A DNA stretch of 64,000 bases, from contig CANQSJ010000004.1 in NCBI GenBank assembly GCA_947626495.1, positions 33,069 through 97,068 on the forward strand, in the 5' to 3' direction. The notes under the pieces are model-generated. The model saw only the letters and a list, made by a program, of their open reading frames with translations, had not been told where the DNA came from and searched no databases. Positions 62,145 through 64,000 of this stretch are shown in pieces (position 1 is the first letter of the stretch; the number at the start of each line of letters is the position of its first letter). The stretch is from an uncultured Oscillospiraceae bacterium (lineage in GTDB: Bacteria; Bacillota; Clostridia; Oscillospirales; Oscillospiraceae). A program made the position numbers and the translations under genes.

Positions 62145-62573
62145 CTAGGCGCTGGGCTTTTCAAACGTAACGGTGACGGGCATTTTCCACTCGTTTTCGG
62201 CTTTGGACAGAACAGCTTTCAAAAAGCTCTCCGCCATCGTCTCCCGGAATTTCTTTTGCGATATCTGGCGTCTAATTTCCTCAACAAAGACATCCTTGTT
62301 TTCTTCGACCATTGCTTGAATCTGTGTCTGTACACTCTCAACAACGCACTTTCTGGCGAGGTAGTCGATGTAAGGGATGGCACCCCATGCAGTGCGGCTT
62401 GCGGGTTTGCCCTCTTTGGTGACGTATGAGGAAAGCACTTCCTCGATGGCCTTTTTTATGAGGGCGTCTTTGTCGCCCAGCGCATTTGCTATGGCGGCGG
62501 CAACAAGTTTGGTGACGTTTTCCTCAATGATGGCCTTGTCAACGTCAATTCCCATGGTCAGTTTTTCAGGCAT
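62145..62573 (-). CDS. hypothetical protein (142 aa)
   Basis: GAAAGGAGAA RBS. Confidence 0.5.
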   Translation of the reverse strand: MPEKLTMGIDVDKAIIEENVTKLVAAAIANALGDKDALIKKAIEEVLSSYVTKEGKPASRTAWGAIPYIDYLARKCVVESVQTQIQAMVEENKDVFVEEIRRQISQKKFRETMAESFLKAVLSKAENEWKMPVTVTFEKPSA

Positions 62574-62621
62574 TGTTTCTCCTTTCGGTCCTTTCGATAT
62601 TCTTGCGGCAGGAGCCGCTGA

Positions 62622-62879
62622 TTACGGGATGATCTCGCGGGTCACGGTGATGCGCTCCCAGCAGCCATGGCCACAGTTGCCTTTTGGCCCGCTCATGCTG
62701 GTGTTCTGGAAACCGGCCTCCGTGTAGGTCGAGCAGCAGTTGAGGAAGCCTTCGTACTTGTCCGGGTGGAACGCCCGGAAGACGGCGTTGGCGCTCTCGG
62801 GGTCCGGGGCCTCGATCTCGGTCCAGCCGCCCTCAAAGGGGTGGCCCTCCGAGCCGTAGGTGTAGATGAATTTCGGCAT
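62622..62879 (-). CDS. hypothetical protein (85 aa)
   Basis: ATG at 62879 with AAAGGAGAG. Confidence 0.45.
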   Translation of the reverse strand: MPKFIYTYGSEGHPFEGGWTEIEAPDPESANAVFRAFHPDKYEGFLNCCSTYTEAGFQNTSMSGPKGNCGHGCWERITVTREIIP

Positions 62880-62890
62880 TTGCTCTCCTT

Positions 62891-63088
62891 TCAGTCCTCC
62901 GTATAGGCGTCGGCGCTGGTGATGCACCGATCACAGCCGACAATTTCATGGGTGAAGTCGTTGGTGTAGAACGTATCGCAGACCTTTCCGCAGACGGGGC
63001 AAATGGGATCTGGCGCCGGCTCCTGCCAGGGCGCATATCCGTTGCGCTCCACGTACTGGATCAGGGGATCGTCAGGGAAGCCGCTCAC
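62891..63088 (-). CDS. small zinc-ribbon protein
   Basis: GTG at 63088 (GTGA overlap, GGAGG upstream). CPVCGK...CDRC. Confidence 0.45.
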   Translation of the reverse strand: MSGFPDDPLIQYVERNGYAPWQEPAPDPICPVCGKVCDTFYTNDFTHEIVGCDRCITSADAYTED

Positions 63089-63474
63089 GGTGCCGCCTCC
63101 GTTTCCGGCCGGCCGCTGAGGTAGTTTTTGACTATCTCCTCGAACCATTTCTGCATCGAGGCGTATCCGTCAGCCTTTATTGCCCGTTGCAACGCCGCGT
63201 GTGCGCTTTCATCGATCCGGCAATAACAGCGCACCCCCTTGGGCTTGCGTTTCTTGGCGGGCCGTTTCTCGCCCTCTGGCGGCGCTGTCGCCCCGACGTA
63301 CTCAACCAGGGCTTCCATGGCGTCCGGGCGAAGGTCCACGCCGTACAGATCGCCGTGCTCGCACTTGGACAGCAGGGGCTTGTCGAACTTGGGATAAAGC
63401 TCCCGGACCACCGCCACTATGTCCCGCGCCGGGAGATCGTTGTCCACGCGCAGGGCGTGTAAGTCGCCGCTCAT
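63085..63474 (-). CDS. hypothetical protein (129 aa), possible RHH-like C-terminus
   Basis: GAAAGGAGAT RBS. Confidence 0.5.
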   Translation of the reverse strand: MSGDLHALRVDNDLPARDIVAVVRELYPKFDKPLLSKCEHGDLYGVDLRPDAMEALVEYVGATAPPEGEKRPAKKRKPKGVRCYCRIDESAHAALQRAIKADGYASMQKWFEEIVKNYLSGRPETEAAP

Positions 63475-63493
63475 TCTGGTATCTCCTTTCTAC

Positions 63494-63694
63494 CTATCTG
63501 CTGCTCTCCTTTGCGATCACCCGAGCCAGCGTGACCTTGTTGATGTAACCGTCATGGAACGGGTATCGCTTGGCTGCCGTCTGCCGGCAGATGCCAAGGA
63601 TTCTTCCAACTTGTGTTTGAGAGAGCAGCTCCACGCCAGGGGCCTTTGCGTCCAGCCGCTCCAATATCGGCCGGAAATCTTCTGACTCTCTCAT
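63494..63694 (-). CDS. small HTH DNA-binding protein (Cro/excisionase-like)
   Basis: LSQTQVGRILGICRQTAAKRY. GAAGGAGGTG RBS. Confidence 0.55.
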   Translation of the reverse strand: MRESEDFRPILERLDAKAPGVELLSQTQVGRILGICRQTAAKRYPFHDGYINKVTLARVIAKESSR

Positions 63695-63733
63695 TTTTTC
63701 ACCTCCTTCATACCGTCTCAATTTTTGAGACTA

Positions 63734-63940
63734 TCAGGCCAAAAAAATTTCCGTGACCATATCCGCGGTCATGCGCAGGGCTTCGCGTATCTTGCGGACA
63801 TCCTTGACCGTCAGAGAGTCAGAATTGAGGCGACGGTACAGTGTAGCCCGGCTAATGCCCAGCTCACCGGCCAGGACATCGTTCGTCAGGCCGCACTCTA
63901 CGAGCCGCGCCTGCAGCTTCCGTCTGCTGGAATCGTTCAT
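63734..63940 (-). CDS. small HTH DNA-binding protein
   Basis: LTNDVLAGELGISRATLYRRLN. GAAAGGAGGTG RBS. Confidence 0.6.
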   Translation of the reverse strand: MNDSSRRKLQARLVECGLTNDVLAGELGISRATLYRRLNSDSLTVKDVRKIREALRMTADMVTEIFLA

Positions 63941-64000
63941 GTGGCACCTCCTTTCATCGTCGTACAGTCTCATTTTTTAATACCTTTTGTTGCGATACTA

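Larger units (their letters stand above)
13025..64000. mobile_element. prophage (contractile-tailed, lambda-like head module), truncated by the right window edge
   Basis: Continuous phage gene order: early/replication, late regulator, terminase, portal, protease, capsid, sheath/tube, tape measure, baseplate, fibre, holin/endolysin. Left boundary inferred from the tRNA fragment. Integrase not in window. Confidence 0.9.

Overview
High-GC (about 60-65%) Clostridia-like Firmicutes chromosome. Positions 1-12.9 kb hold host genes, all but one on the minus strand: pgi 5' end, D-Ala-D-Ala carboxypeptidase, an S4-domain protein, HU, MazG, a SpoVB/MurJ-type flippase, GAPDH, a soluble histidine kinase (+), a BlaI/BlaR1-like pair, TatD, a DUF362/ferredoxin protein, a MATE exporter and a Pro/Thr-rich surface-protein remnant. 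At about 13.03 kb a tRNA 3'-end fragment with its own terminator, in an AT-rich gap, marks the likely junction with a prophage of more than 51 kb. The prophage runs to the right edge of the window, so its integrase/repressor end is not visible. Read on the minus strand from 64 kb downwards, it contains the following modules. (1) Small HTH early genes. (2) A recombination/replication module: Sak4-like ATPase, PD-(D/E)xK nuclease, SSB, DUF1376, RecU-like resolvase. (3) An N6-adenine methyltransferase and a ParB (GHRR) protein. (4) A block of Cys-cluster, HExxH and radical-SAM proteins. (5) A DUF1492 sigma-like late regulator. (6) A terminator-insulated unit of membrane protein, ParB, PAPS-reductase and ParB (IbrAB/DndBC-like). 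(7) A non-coding candidate cos region of about 0.6 kb. (8) Lambda-like packaging and head genes (Nu1/A/W/B/C/D/E-like). (9) A contractile PBSX/P2-like tail. (10) A tail-fibre gene whose 3' end is the variable repeat of a diversity-generating retroelement (TR plus RT directly downstream). (11) A two-holin plus CHAP endolysin lysis cassette. Between the lysis cassette and the att-like junction lies an oppositely oriented, XRE-controlled operon of seven small genes of unknown function. The observations I rate highest are the DGR (adenine-specific TR/VR divergence, non-canonical HMDN catalytic box, no Avd), the ParB/PAPS-reductase unit and the seven-gene cassette. All functional calls come from motif recognition by eye. 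No database search was run.
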